IMG/VR virus record: IMGVR_UViG_3300049324_000053
Strand: one strand, 5' to 3'
Length of the DNA: 64,000 bases
From: a virus
Every line of letters starts with the position of its first letter. The stretch's first letter is position 1. The position numbers were made by a program, and so were the translations under genes. The notes beneath the pieces were generated by a model. That model ran no database searches, was not told the origin of the DNA, and saw nothing but the letters and a program-made list of their open reading frames with translations. Of the stretch, positions 29,485 through 38,430 are shown piece by piece.

Positions 29485-31566
29485 GTGGTCACGCGCAGGT
29501 TCTCGCTCAGCCAGTTCGGTGGCAGCGTCGGGGGATCCATCATCGACGACGGCGCCAAGTACTCCACCAGCGATCGCGCGGTCATCGACGCCGTGCTTGC
29601 CGCGTTCGAAACGCACTCGCACACCGAGATCCGTACCGGCGGCACCCGCATCGCGGACCCCACCGAAGCGCCCCGCCTGGACCTGGCCATCACCGGCGGC
29701 AACCTGCCCGGCAACATCACTTACTACTATCAGTGCTCGTTCATCGACACGTTCGGTCTGGAGACCGCCGCATCCAGCGAGGTGTCCGTCGCGACCGGTG
29801 AACCGGTTCTCGCGCCGAACCTGCCGATCCTTTCCGGTGCCACCGGCGGCACTCTGGCCGACGGGCTGTATCTGTACGGGCTGACCTCGCTGACCGCCGC
29901 CGGCGCCGAATCCGAACTCGGTTCCGTCGCCAGCATCACCGTCATCCCCGGCGATCACACGGTCATCGTCGGTTTTCCGCCGCTGCCGGCCGGCGCCGCC
30001 ACGTTCGGCGTCTGGCGTCAAGGCCCGCAAACCACCGCCCCGACCCGCATCGTCATCGTCGATCCGGCTGCCACCGACAGTTTCACCGACACCGGTGCCA
30101 TCGCCGCGGACCCCCTCGCCGGTACCCCCGGGCATCTGCCGCCCACCATGAACCTGACCAACGCCTCCAACGCGGTCACCATCACCTGCCCCGACGCCGG
30201 TCTCGTCGCCGCCGCCGGTACCGGCATCGCCGCGTGGCGCATCTACCGGTCCACCTCCTCGGGGGTGTACCCGGCGGCAAGTCTGCTCGCCGAAATCGTC
30301 GGACCCGGCGCCGGCGGCATCGGCCTTGTCGCCACGTTCGTCGACGACGGCACCGCGGTCCCCACCCAGGGCGGGCCCCTGTTTCATACCCAGACCTTGC
30401 AGCCGGCCGCCTCCGTGCTGCGCACCGTCACCACCTTGCCGACGCCGGCGCCACCCACCCCGACCGGCGTGCTGCACCTGGTGTCCAGCCCCGGCCAGTT
30501 CGCGCTGTACCTCACCGACGGCGCCGCCTGGCACACTGTCGGTGGCTCATCAGGGGTGTTCGCCCCCGCCAGCCGGCTGATCGTGTCCGTCGCCACCCCA
30601 CCCGCCGCCACCGGTGCCGGTGCGCCGCTGACCGTCACCGGCGACCCGCTCGACACTGTCGGCAACGACACCACGGTGCTGCCGTTCGCCGACGGCCCCC
30701 TCGCCCAGCTGACCACCGCCGGCACCTGGGCCGTGTCGGTCACCGCCGGCCCCTGGCCCGTCACCGACCCCGGCGACACCCTGCTGCTGATGGTGCATGC
30801 CGCCCTGCCCGACGGCGCCGCCGACATCATCCCCGACGCCGCCGGCCAGGTCACCGCAGTCGCCGGCCAGAGCGCGATCACCGTCACCACCGCGCTGCCC
30901 ACCCGCCGGTATCCGGCCGGCACCCGCCTCACCGGCCTCATCACCAGCTACTACACCACCGACACCCCAGCGCTGATCCCCATCACCTTGTCCGCCGCCC
31001 TGGTCGCCGGAACCGCCGCCGACGCCGTCCTCACACCCGCCACCAGCCTGATCCTGACCCGTGCCGACGCGTCCGCGACCGTCGCGTTCACGTTCGCCCC
31101 CGGCGCCGACCGCCATGAACTGCGCCTCTACGCCGGCGTCACCTTCGTCGACGCGATTCCCGCCGCCATCTCCGGCCAGTTGCTGACCGGACTGACGAAC
31201 GGCACCGAATACACCGTGCAGGTGTACGCCGTGCACGCCGGTGCGTACGCCGCCCCCGCCACCGGTGTCGTCACCCCCACCGCACCCACCGTCCCCGACC
31301 CGCCCCGGCTGCCACTCGCCTCCGGCGGCAACGCCATGGCCACCATCAGCTTCACCCCGCCGAGCTACGACGGCGGCAGCTCCATCACCGGTTACACCGT
31401 CACCAGCGACCCTGACGGTCTGGCCGCGACCGGCGCCGAAAGCCCCATCATCGTGACCGGCCTGACCAACGGCACCGCCTACACGTTCACCGTCACCGCG
31501 ACCAACGCGCAAGGCGAATCCGCACCGTCGATCCCCACCGACCCGATCATGCCTGCAGGCACCTGA
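29485..31566 (+). CDS. Tail fibre-like protein with C-terminal fibronectin type III domains
   Basis: TGLTNGT.YT..V twice; DGGSSITGYTVT; GGAGG SD before GTG 29485. Confidence 0.75.
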   Translation: MVTRRFSLSQFGGSVGGSIIDDGAKYSTSDRAVIDAVLAAFETHSHTEIRTGGTRIADPTEAPRLDLAITGGNLPGNITYYYQCSFIDTFGLETAASSEVSVATGEPVLAPNLPILSGATGGTLADGLYLYGLTSLTAAGAESELGSVASITVIPGDHTVIVGFPPLPAGAATFGVWRQGPQTTAPTRIVIVDPAATDSFTDTGAIAADPLAGTPGHLPPTMNLTNASNAVTITCPDAGLVAAAGTGIAAWRIYRSTSSGVYPAASLLAEIVGPGAGGIGLVATFVDDGTAVPTQGGPLFHTQTLQPAASVLRTVTTLPTPAPPTPTGVLHLVSSPGQFALYLTDGAAWHTVGGSSGVFAPASRLIVSVATPPAATGAGAPLTVTGDPLDTVGNDTTVLPFADGPLAQLTTAGTWAVSVTAGPWPVTDPGDTLLLMVHAALPDGAADIIPDAAGQVTAVAGQSAITVTTALPTRRYPAGTRLTGLITSYYTTDTPALIPITLSAALVAGTAADAVLTPATSLILTRADASATVAFTFAPGADRHELRLYAGVTFVDAIPAAISGQLLTGLTNGTEYTVQVYAVHAGAYAAPATGVVTPTAPTVPDPPRLPLASGGNAMATISFTPPSYDGGSSITGYTVTSDPDGLAATGAESPIIVTGLTNGTAYTFTVTATNAQGESAPSIPTDPIMPAGT

Positions 31567-31946
31567 TGCTGTTTTACGCGATGGCCGAATCCACCGGCTC
31601 CCCGGTCCTGGACTCCTTCTTGCCGTTCATCAACCTCGGCGTGCTCGTCGTCGTCGTCGGCATGGTGCTGACCCGCCGCGGTTTCATTCCGTCCTGGTCG
31701 CTGCAGGACTGTGAGACATCACGGGACCGGGAATTGGCCGAAACGCGCGCCCAGTACGACCGTGCCGTGGCGTTTCTGCAGGCACAGATGGATCGCGTCG
31801 AAGCCGAACGCCGGGACTTGCGCCATCAACTCGACACGTTGCAACGCACCACCACCGAGCAGGTGGTCCCCGTGCTGATCGAAGCCAACCGGATCACCAG
31901 TCAATATCTGGACACCCTTTCGCGTCAGCAATCGCGGCTGTTGTGA
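31566..31946 (+). CDS. Holin-like membrane protein
   Basis: Single TM (FINLGVLVVVVGMVL) plus coiled coil, at the start of the lysis region. Confidence 0.5.
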   Translation: MLFYAMAESTGSPVLDSFLPFINLGVLVVVVGMVLTRRGFIPSWSLQDCETSRDRELAETRAQYDRAVAFLQAQMDRVEAERRDLRHQLDTLQRTTTEQVVPVLIEANRITSQYLDTLSRQQSRLL

Positions 31947-32146
31947 ACGACATCTCCGCGCGTCCATCACCTGACATCATGGCCCGCGCCGAGTCCGACC
32001 TTCTCCGTCGTCGTACCGACCAGATCATCACTCAATCACTGCTGCTCGTCGGCGAACTGCGCACCCGCACCAATCAGCTTCAAGACCTCGTCGCCGACCT
32101 CACTCAACGTGCTGCAGCGGCGCAAGGAGATGACGATGCCTGTTGA
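31943..32146 (+). CDS. Small coiled-coil protein
   Basis: GTGA-coupled. Confidence 0.45.
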   Translation: MNDISARPSPDIMARAESDLLRRRTDQIITQSLLLVGELRTRTNQLQDLVADLTQRAAAAQGDDDAC

Positions 32147-32768
32147 GCGCCGCTACGTTGATGACCCTGATTACGACGGCCCCGAACGGCGCCTGGAGCT
32201 GATCACTGCAGCTCAAGTCGCCGACCTGCGTGTTGCCGTGTCCAGCCTCGCCGAACGGGTCACCGTCCTCACCGACCAGGTCGCCGACGTCGGGGAGCTG
32301 CACCGCCGTCAGCAAGCCATCGACGAACTCGCCGCCCATGCCGAACGGGAAGCCGAAGCCGCACTCGCCAAACTTGCCGACGTCGAAACCACCATCGTCA
32401 GCCGTGAAGAACTGGCCCGGACCGCCACCGCCGACCGCGCCGAACGTGACCGGGTCCGCGCCCGTCTCGCCCGCCTGATCTTTCGCGTCGCGTTCAGCAC
32501 CCTCGTCGTCGGTTTCCTGCTCGGTGCGCTGCTCATCGTTGCACTCGTGCGCCAGTCGCACGACAACACCCGGCTCGCCGCCCAGACCCACACCTTCGCC
32601 ACCGCCTGCGCCGCGCGCAACGTGCAGCTGGCCGTGCAACGCCAGCTGTACGTCGACCAGAACGCCACGTACACCGCACACCCGAACGACCCGCTCGCCG
32701 TGCAGCTGGGCCAAGCCGCCCGCGCGGCGCTGGCCAAACTGCCGCCGGCGCAGGACTGCACGCCGTGA
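32136..32768 (+). CDS. Membrane-anchored coiled-coil lysis-region protein
   Basis: AAGGAG SD; one TM segment. Confidence 0.55.
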   Translation: MPVERRYVDDPDYDGPERRLELITAAQVADLRVAVSSLAERVTVLTDQVADVGELHRRQQAIDELAAHAEREAEAALAKLADVETTIVSREELARTATADRAERDRVRARLARLIFRVAFSTLVVGFLLGALLIVALVRQSHDNTRLAAQTHTFATACAARNVQLAVQRQLYVDQNATYTAHPNDPLAVQLGQAARAALAKLPPAQDCTP

Positions 32769-32791
32769 GTGTCGCGTCGTAGGCTTCCGGC

Positions 32792-32938
32792 ATGGACGAC
32801 GACGAGCCCGGCGATCACACGGCAGACAGCATCGAGAAGTTGTACTGGCGTCTTGCTGACCGGGCGTTGCTCGATCGGCCGGATCTCCAGGAAAGTCTTG
32901 CCCAGATGCGCCGTGGCGAAGGTGAGATTGTTGCTTAG
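32792..32938 (+). CDS. 48-aa YefM/Phd-like antitoxin C-terminal fragment (below ORF-track cutoff)
   Basis: Hand translation MDDDEPGDHTADSIEKLYWRLADRALLDRPDLQESLAQMRRGEGEIVA; TAGGCT-N6-ATG. Confidence 0.5.
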   Translation: MDDDEPGDHTADSIEKLYWRLADRALLDRPDLQESLAQMRRGEGEIVA

Positions 32939-33231
32939 CGCGTGTCGAAGATTTCGTGTGTTCCGATGCGACGCCAGATGACATGCACCTGTCCTGGAAG
33001 CACTTCCGGCCCGTATTCGAACGTGGCGCGCCCGTTCGGTGCCCATGTCATCTCGAACACGCCGGAGACATGCACTTTCTTCACTCGCAACCCCGGGGGG
33101 AAGGGTTCGCCTTTGGTCAGCGCCGGGACAAATAGCTCCTGAATCTTTTCGAGGAACCGGCGTTTCTGTTCGGCGGTCAGCTGCTGGTGGTCAGCAGTGA
33201 ATCGGGCTGCGCGCTCAAACGTCGGCGGCAT
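32935..33231 (-). CDS. RelE/ParE-superfamily toxin
   Basis: LRVKKV...VFEMTWAPNGRATF...WRRIGTHEIF. Confidence 0.8.
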   Translation of the reverse strand: MPPTFERAARFTADHQQLTAEQKRRFLEKIQELFVPALTKGEPFPPGLRVKKVHVSGVFEMTWAPNGRATFEYGPEVLPGQVHVIWRRIGTHEIFDTR

Positions 33232-33523
33232 CGACGGCCAGCGACTCGGTGAACTCTTCGACGCTCATCGGCCCGGACGTGTATCCAGCGGCGATGTCGC
33301 AGCTGGCTTCGTGTTCTCCGGCCTGCCATGCCGGCGTCCAGAACCATGCCTGATCCGCCGGGATCACACGCGCCGGGATCAGCCGGACACCGTCATCGTC
33401 CTGCAGGAAGATCACCTCGTCGCCTTCGGTGAGGTGCAGCGCTTCGCGAATCGGTGCCGGCAAGGTCAGCTGACCGCGAGCGCGCATCGTGCTGTGCGGC
33501 GTGAGGTGGGAGGTGGTGTCCAA
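33215..33523 (-). CDS. AbrB/MazE-family antitoxin
   Basis: RGQLTLPAPIREALHL.EGD.V; DQAWFWTPAWQAGE.EA..DIAAG. Confidence 0.88.
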   Translation of the reverse strand: MDTTSHLTPHSTMRARGQLTLPAPIREALHLTEGDEVIFLQDDDGVRLIPARVIPADQAWFWTPAWQAGEHEASCDIAAGYTSGPMSVEEFTESLAVDAADV

Positions 33524-33593
33524 CGAAGCCTCCTAGGTGCTGTACAACTTTCAGACTATCCGAGATTCGGACGGCCTGGCATCTCCCGGGGGC

Positions 33594-33620
33594 TCGGATC
33601 CCGCACGCCGGATGCCGATG
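33594..33620 (+). promoter_or_regulatory. Putative late promoter, copy 5
   Basis: TCGGATCCCG-N10-GCCGATG upstream of the endolysin. Confidence 0.6.
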
Positions 33621-33662
33621 TTCTTCTCGACGGGCCCCTCCGTCGCTGAGGAGCTGATCGCC

Positions 33663-34445
33663 ATGCCACGTTGCCCGTTCGCTACCTGGGAGCCGGCCAC
33701 CAAGTCCCATGGTGGGACGATGACCGGTCATCTCGGTGTTGTTGCACACGTGAACGAGAGCACCGGAGACATCTACAACTGGTGCAACAACCCCGGAAAC
33801 CAGGTCTCTTCGCACTTCCAGGTCATGAAGGACGGCAGCCTGCTGCAGTACGTCGACACCGACGTTGCCAGCTGGTGCCAGTCGTCCGGCAACTACTCGT
33901 ACCTGTCGGTCGAGACCGAGGGATACCACACCGAAGCGTTCACCCCCGCCCAAGTCGAGACGTTCGCCCGCCTCATGGCCTGGGCCCATCAGGTCCACGA
34001 AATTCCGCTCACCCTCGCCGACGTCGTCGGACAACGCGGCCTCGGCTGGCACGGCATGGGCGGCAAAAGTTGGGGCGGGCACACCAGCTGCCCCGGCGAG
34101 CCGCGCAAAGCGCAGCGCGCCGTCATCCTGCAGCGCGCCGCGCAACTGCTGAGCCCCCCGCCGGTCACCCGCCCGTCCAGCGCCAACCAGCCGACCGTGC
34201 CCGCCCCCAGCCATCCGCCGTTCAGCGGCCGCCAGCTGTTCCAGCCCCCCGCCCTCTACGGCCTCGACGTCCACGCGTGGCAGATGCAGATGGCCCGCCG
34301 CGGCTGGGACATTGGCACCGATGGCTGGTACGGACCCGCCAGCGAGAAGGTCGCTCGCGCGTTCCAGGCCGAAAAGCATCTGACCGTCGACGGCGTCGTG
34401 GGTGCGGCTACCTGGGATGCGGCCTGGACCGCATCGCTGAGCTGA
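33663..34445 (+). CDS. Endolysin: N-acetylmuramoyl-L-alanine amidase plus PG-binding domain
   Basis: Zn-amidase motifs VAH..., SSHF, SVETEG, GWH...HTSCPG; DGWYGP...FQ...LTVDGVVG..TW. Confidence 0.9.
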   Translation: MPRCPFATWEPATKSHGGTMTGHLGVVAHVNESTGDIYNWCNNPGNQVSSHFQVMKDGSLLQYVDTDVASWCQSSGNYSYLSVETEGYHTEAFTPAQVETFARLMAWAHQVHEIPLTLADVVGQRGLGWHGMGGKSWGGHTSCPGEPRKAQRAVILQRAAQLLSPPPVTRPSSANQPTVPAPSHPPFSGRQLFQPPALYGLDVHAWQMQMARRGWDIGTDGWYGPASEKVARAFQAEKHLTVDGVVGAATWDAAWTASLS

Positions 34446-35185
34446 TGGCCGTTCTCGGAGGACGCGGCGCCTGGCCGGCGTCGGGACGCGGCGGCACCTT
34501 ACGCGCCGGCGCGCCCGGCCCGTACTACGAGTTGGCCGGTGACGGTATTCCACTGGTCGGCAGCCAGCCTGGAGTCAGTCCCGACCATCTGGCGGTCACG
34601 TTCGGCGTCATCGCCATTCAGAAGATGTGCAACATGAACAACTTTCGGGACGCATCCGGGCTGGCGCTGAACCCCGACGGCATCTACGGCCGGCGCACCG
34701 CCGCCGCCGTCGCCACCGCACAAAGTGCCCGCCTCGGCGGTACCGGCATCCCCTGGACCCTCGGCCGCGTCGACGCGGCCACCGCGTTCGCCTTGTTCGA
34801 GCCGCTGTACCAGCAGATCGAAGAACGATACGGCTTGACCGATGGCATCGTCGGCGGTGGGGCACGCACCGAATCCGGTCACGACCCGGGCGCCGTCGGC
34901 AACGCCAACGCGCACGACTACGGCCTCGTGCAGATCAACGCCGACTATCACGGTCCCGGCACGGCCAGCAACCTGGCGGTCGCGGACATGTTCAACCCGT
35001 ACACCGCACTGGACTTCCTCGGCGCCTGGTACCGGCGCTCCTACGACATCTATGGTCGCTGGGACTGCACCGTCGCCAGCTGGCACAACCCTGGTCAGGC
35101 CCGAACCTGGGCACGGACCGGCAGCCCGCCGAACCCGGAGATCGCGCTGTACGCCGCCAACGTGCTCGCCGGCGGAAGAATCTAA
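34445..35185 (+). CDS. Second lysin: PG-binding plus lytic transglycosylase domain
   Basis: DGIYGRRT; ES..DP.A...DYGLVQIN; TGATG coupling. Confidence 0.8.
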   Translation: MAVLGGRGAWPASGRGGTLRAGAPGPYYELAGDGIPLVGSQPGVSPDHLAVTFGVIAIQKMCNMNNFRDASGLALNPDGIYGRRTAAAVATAQSARLGGTGIPWTLGRVDAATAFALFEPLYQQIEERYGLTDGIVGGGARTESGHDPGAVGNANAHDYGLVQINADYHGPGTASNLAVADMFNPYTALDFLGAWYRRSYDIYGRWDCTVASWHNPGQARTWARTGSPPNPEIALYAANVLAGGRI

Positions 35186-35186
35186 G

Positions 35187-35270
35187 ATGCTCGCGCAGCA
35201 TGCCAAGGCGTTCGTTGCGGCACTTATCGCACTGAGGCACGTACCGATCGGTCAGTGGCTGAGCACGTAG
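35187..35270 (+). pseudogene. Possible truncated holin 5' remnant
   Basis: MLAQHAKAFVAALIA starts 1 nt after the lysin stop and runs into an antisense insert. Confidence 0.35.
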
Positions 35271-35698
35271 GCGAGCTGCAGGACGACGCCGAGGGCCAGC
35301 ACTGTCGCGCCGGTACCGGTTGCGACCAGCGTGATCCGTCCCTGCTGCATCGTCCACGGCGTCAGGCGCTTGGAGATTCGGGTTCCGGCGACGTATCCGG
35401 CCGCCAGCCCGGCGATGCTCCACGCGTTGGTGAACGTGCCGTGGGTGTTGGCGGAAACCAGCAGCAATACGAGCACGTTCAGTGCCAGCAGGCCGACCAG
35501 GGTGGGCAGGGAGGCGCGGCTGCTGTCGAGGTGCCGCCAGCGGGAGGATGCTGGCCGGGTTCGCGGGAAGGCGACCAGCAGGTCGCCGATCAGGATGCCG
35601 AGGACGCCGCCGACGATGCCGTCGAGAAATGAACCGATCACGCCTTCAGAATAGGGCAAATAGGGCGGGCGGGCTGCGGCCGCGCTGACCTGGTTCAT
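35252..35698 (-). CDS. Multi-pass membrane protein (moron)
   Basis: About four hydrophobic segments; CATGCT-N5-ATG. Confidence 0.6.
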   Translation of the reverse strand: MNQVSAAAARPPYLPYSEGVIGSFLDGIVGGVLGILIGDLLVAFPRTRPASSRWRHLDSSRASLPTLVGLLALNVLVLLLVSANTHGTFTNAWSIAGLAAGYVAGTRISKRLTPWTMQQGRITLVATGTGATVLALGVVLQLAYVLSH

Positions 35699-35761
35699 CG
35701 CCGAGCATGCCGTGGCGGCGAAGGTCTGACCCTGACGCTGTTCGGCCAGTGTCCTGCCAGC

Positions 35762-36133
35762 TCAGGAGGACGACAGATAGCGTATCGCGGCGGCGTGCAG
35801 CCGGGGATCGTCGTCGTCGGTGAAGCGTGGCCAGCTGCCCTTGCAATGCACGCACTGCCAGAGCAGCACCCCGTCGTACACCTCGGGCACCTCGTGGCCG
35901 ATCAGCATGCTTTCGGGATCGGTCTCGTCGTGCGGCCAGAGGCAGGGTTTCGTGCTCGGTGTGCCGAGGTCGGGTCGGGGTCGGGGCCGCGCGGCGGGCG
36001 CGTCGGTGGGCCACCGCGTGCCGCAGTGGGTGCAGCGCCAGATCAGTGTGCCGTCGTGGACGGCGGGAGCCTCGTGGGCGATCTGCAGCCATTCGGTGTC
36101 GGACTGCGGATGCGGCCAGGGGCAAGACACCAT
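35762..36133 (-). CDS. Tandem Zn-ribbon protein
   Basis: Two C.WPH...HE.P.V.DG.L.W.C.HC...WP repeats; TAGGGT-N6-ATG. Confidence 0.65.
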   Translation of the reverse strand: MVSCPWPHPQSDTEWLQIAHEAPAVHDGTLIWRCTHCGTRWPTDAPAARPRPRPDLGTPSTKPCLWPHDETDPESMLIGHEVPEVYDGVLLWQCVHCKGSWPRFTDDDDPRLHAAAIRYLSSS

Positions 36134-36189
36134 GAGACGACCCTAGCGGGGTAAATCCGGGTTCGTACTTCCCCGCTAGAGTTGCTGCC

Positions 36190-36372
36190 GTGCCTACCGA
36201 AGACGACTACGCCGCGGCCGCCGACTGGGCCGAGTACGACATGGTGCTGGTGCCCAACTCGCGCACGGCACTGCACGGCGCTGCCGCAGCCCAGTACAGC
36301 CGGGCTCTGCTTGCACGCGCAGGTGTCGATGTGTCCGGCGTGTCTGGCTCGGATGTGGCATCGGCCACGTAG
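36190..36372 (+). CDS. N-terminal fragment of an RHH-antitoxin-like protein
   Basis: DYAAAADWAE.DM.L..NS.TALHG.AAA...R.LL.RAG with no downstream RHH; TAGAGT-N7-GTG. Confidence 0.5.
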   Translation: MPTEDDYAAAADWAEYDMVLVPNSRTALHGAAAAQYSRALLARAGVDVSGVSGSDVASAT

Positions 36373-36391
36373 CGCCCTCTACGCTGCGGGC

Positions 36392-36766
36392 ATGGCACAA
36401 CCCCTGGTGATTCCGGCGGACACTACCGTTGAAGAACTTGCCGACATTCTGCGCGTCCAAGGTGACCGCACCCTGCTTGTCTGCCGCGACATGGGGCACG
36501 GCTGGGTCGACCATGACGGTAAGGTTCTGGGTCGGCGACTCTATGAACGCACCATGCGCTGCACTCGTTGCGGCACCCGCCGCATCCAGCAGCTCAACCA
36601 CATCGGCGAGATACTCGGCTCCTGGTACGAGTACCCCGACCACTATCTGATCAAGGGGATGGGCAGACTGACCACCAAGCAGCGTTCCGCGTTCCGCCAG
36701 GTCACCCTGCTCGACGCGCTCGTCGAACAGGGCCTCATGGCCTCTGCGCATCCAAAGAAGGCGTGA
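36392..36766 (+). CDS. Actinophage Zn-binding hypothetical protein
   Basis: CRDMGHGW...C.RCGT.R...YEYPDHY; TACGCT-N6-ATG. Confidence 0.65.
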   Translation: MAQPLVIPADTTVEELADILRVQGDRTLLVCRDMGHGWVDHDGKVLGRRLYERTMRCTRCGTRRIQQLNHIGEILGSWYEYPDHYLIKGMGRLTTKQRSAFRQVTLLDALVEQGLMASAHPKKA

Positions 36767-36768
36767 GC

Positions 36769-37326
36769 ATGGCACGCCATGTTGTCGCCTACTGTGATCA
36801 GCATTTATTGCATGGTGAGCAGGTTGCTGCTGACCCGCGCCGGGCCTGCAAGCTGGTCGTCGGTGACGTGCACATCACCGTCGACCTGTGTGAGGAATGC
36901 CGCGCGAGCTTCGCCGCACCGTTACATGCGCTGGCCGGCGCGGACCGCACCCGTGAGGAACAGCAGGTCGCGGTCAAGCCGCAGGAATCTGCGCCTGAAC
37001 CCGGGCGTCAGCGCGCCAGGCGGGTGTACAAGATTCAGCGCGGCCACAGCCACACCTGTGACCTGTGCGGCACGAAGGTCGACTACATGGCGCGCTTCGT
37101 GCATGTTCGTGGCGCGCACCCGGAGCTGGCGCCGACGTTGTCGTGTCCGCACTGCGATACGACCAACTCGTCCTGCAGCGGGCTGGCCAAGCATTTGCGT
37201 GACGAACATCCGGAGCACTACGTCAGCCAGGCGCGAGCTTACGCTTTCGCGCTCGACGAGATACGCCCAAGGACGCTGGCCGAGCATGGCCTCAAGGAAC
37301 CGACCTTCACGCCGCTGCCGCGCTGA
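36769..37326 (+). CDS. Lsr2-dimerisation-like domain fused to two C2H2 zinc fingers
   Basis: YCD.H...ITVDLCEEC...F..PL; CDLC...H....H and CPHC...GLAKHLRDEH. Confidence 0.6.
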   Translation: MARHVVAYCDQHLLHGEQVAADPRRACKLVVGDVHITVDLCEECRASFAAPLHALAGADRTREEQQVAVKPQESAPEPGRQRARRVYKIQRGHSHTCDLCGTKVDYMARFVHVRGAHPELAPTLSCPHCDTTNSSCSGLAKHLRDEHPEHYVSQARAYAFALDEIRPRTLAEHGLKEPTFTPLPR

Positions 37327-37365
37327 ACGGCTGCCGCGCTGAACGCACCGTTGTTGAACGGTCGT

Positions 37366-37695
37366 TCAAGCGGTCCCGAGACTGTCCTTGTCAGCGGGCA
37401 CCGTGTCGTTGCGGGGAGCCGTCAACGGCCGGCAGGCGAGTAGGCATGTCTCGCAGTGCGGGTCGTGGCATGTCCACAACGGGATGATCAACTGACCGAT
37501 GAGCCCTGGCAGCGGCATGGGCAGGACCAGCGTCCAGCGGCACCATTCGTCCCCGCCCAGCCACGGCCACGGCCGCGACATGGAACGTGTGGTCCACGGG
37601 ATCCAGCGCTTCGGTTCGTCGGGGTCGGGGACGCCGAGGTGTTCCCAGCAGGCTGGTCGGCGCAGGTCGTGTAGCGCGGTCAGCAGGTTCTTCAT
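37366..37695 (-). CDS. Hypothetical Trp/Cys-rich protein
   Basis: GGAGG SD; PWLGGDEWCRWT. Confidence 0.5.
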   Translation of the reverse strand: MKNLLTALHDLRRPACWEHLGVPDPDEPKRWIPWTTRSMSRPWPWLGGDEWCRWTLVLPMPLPGLIGQLIIPLWTCHDPHCETCLLACRPLTAPRNDTVPADKDSLGTA

Positions 37696-37801
37696 GCGTC
37701 CGGCCTCCGTCCGCGTTCTCGTGAGTGCATCGTATCGGTGGTTGGATTCATGCCGACCCACCGAGAACGTTGCTGATGTTTTGTGTAGAGTGTTCGTCAT
37801 T

Positions 37802-38428
37802 ATGACGTCCTCTGCTGAGTACGACGCCTATATTCGCAGTCCTCAGTGGGCTGCGAAGCGTCGTCAGTTCTGGGCCTCGCATCCTCGTCGTTGCGCTGCA
37901 TGTGGTTCGAACGAGCATCTGCACTGCCACCATATGACCTACGTCCGGTTCAAGGACGAGCGGATGAGCGACCTCATTGGCGTCTGCAAGTCCTGCCACG
38001 AGGCGATTCATGCTTGGCATAAGCGGTGGGGCGGCGACCTGCAAGCAGCAACACTGGCGTATGTGCGGGACTACGCCCCCACCAAGCAGACTCCCAAGGT
38101 GAAGGCGAAGCCGCCGGCCAAGACGAAGAAGGCGGCCAAGCAGCCTGTCAAGACGCCAACCGCGGCCGGCACCGGGAAGCGCAGGAAGCGCAAGAAGCCG
38201 AACGCGTCCGAGGCGGGCAAGCCGGCCGCCGAGCGCGCCCGTGGTACCGCGGATGCGCCGCAGCGGTACCACGGGGCGCTTGACGGCCTCATCCAGGTGC
38301 AGCGGCGCCCCCTGCCCGTCAGCAACAAGGCCAAGCAGAAGGCGGCGAAGATCGCTGCCCGGGACGCCGCCTACAGCGCGATCAGGAAGCGCCAGGAGGA
38401 GTACCTGAAGTCGATCGGTGGATCTTAG
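37802..38428 (+). CDS. HNH endonuclease with Lys-rich tail
   Basis: Y..YIRS.QW..KR...CAACG...LHCHHMTY...E...DL..VC..CH..IH. Confidence 0.85.
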   Translation: MTSSAEYDAYIRSPQWAAKRRQFWASHPRRCAACGSNEHLHCHHMTYVRFKDERMSDLIGVCKSCHEAIHAWHKRWGGDLQAATLAYVRDYAPTKQTPKVKAKPPAKTKKAAKQPVKTPTAAGTGKRRKRKKPNASEAGKPAAERARGTADAPQRYHGALDGLIQVQRRPLPVSNKAKQKAAKIAARDAAYSAIRKRQEEYLKSIGGS

Positions 38429-38430
38429 CG

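Noticed and set aside
2217-35185. Headless tail cluster read as a tailocin or contractile injection system
   Set aside because: No sheath or wedge genes; head-tail joining and replication genes are present; head genes probably lie outside the window.
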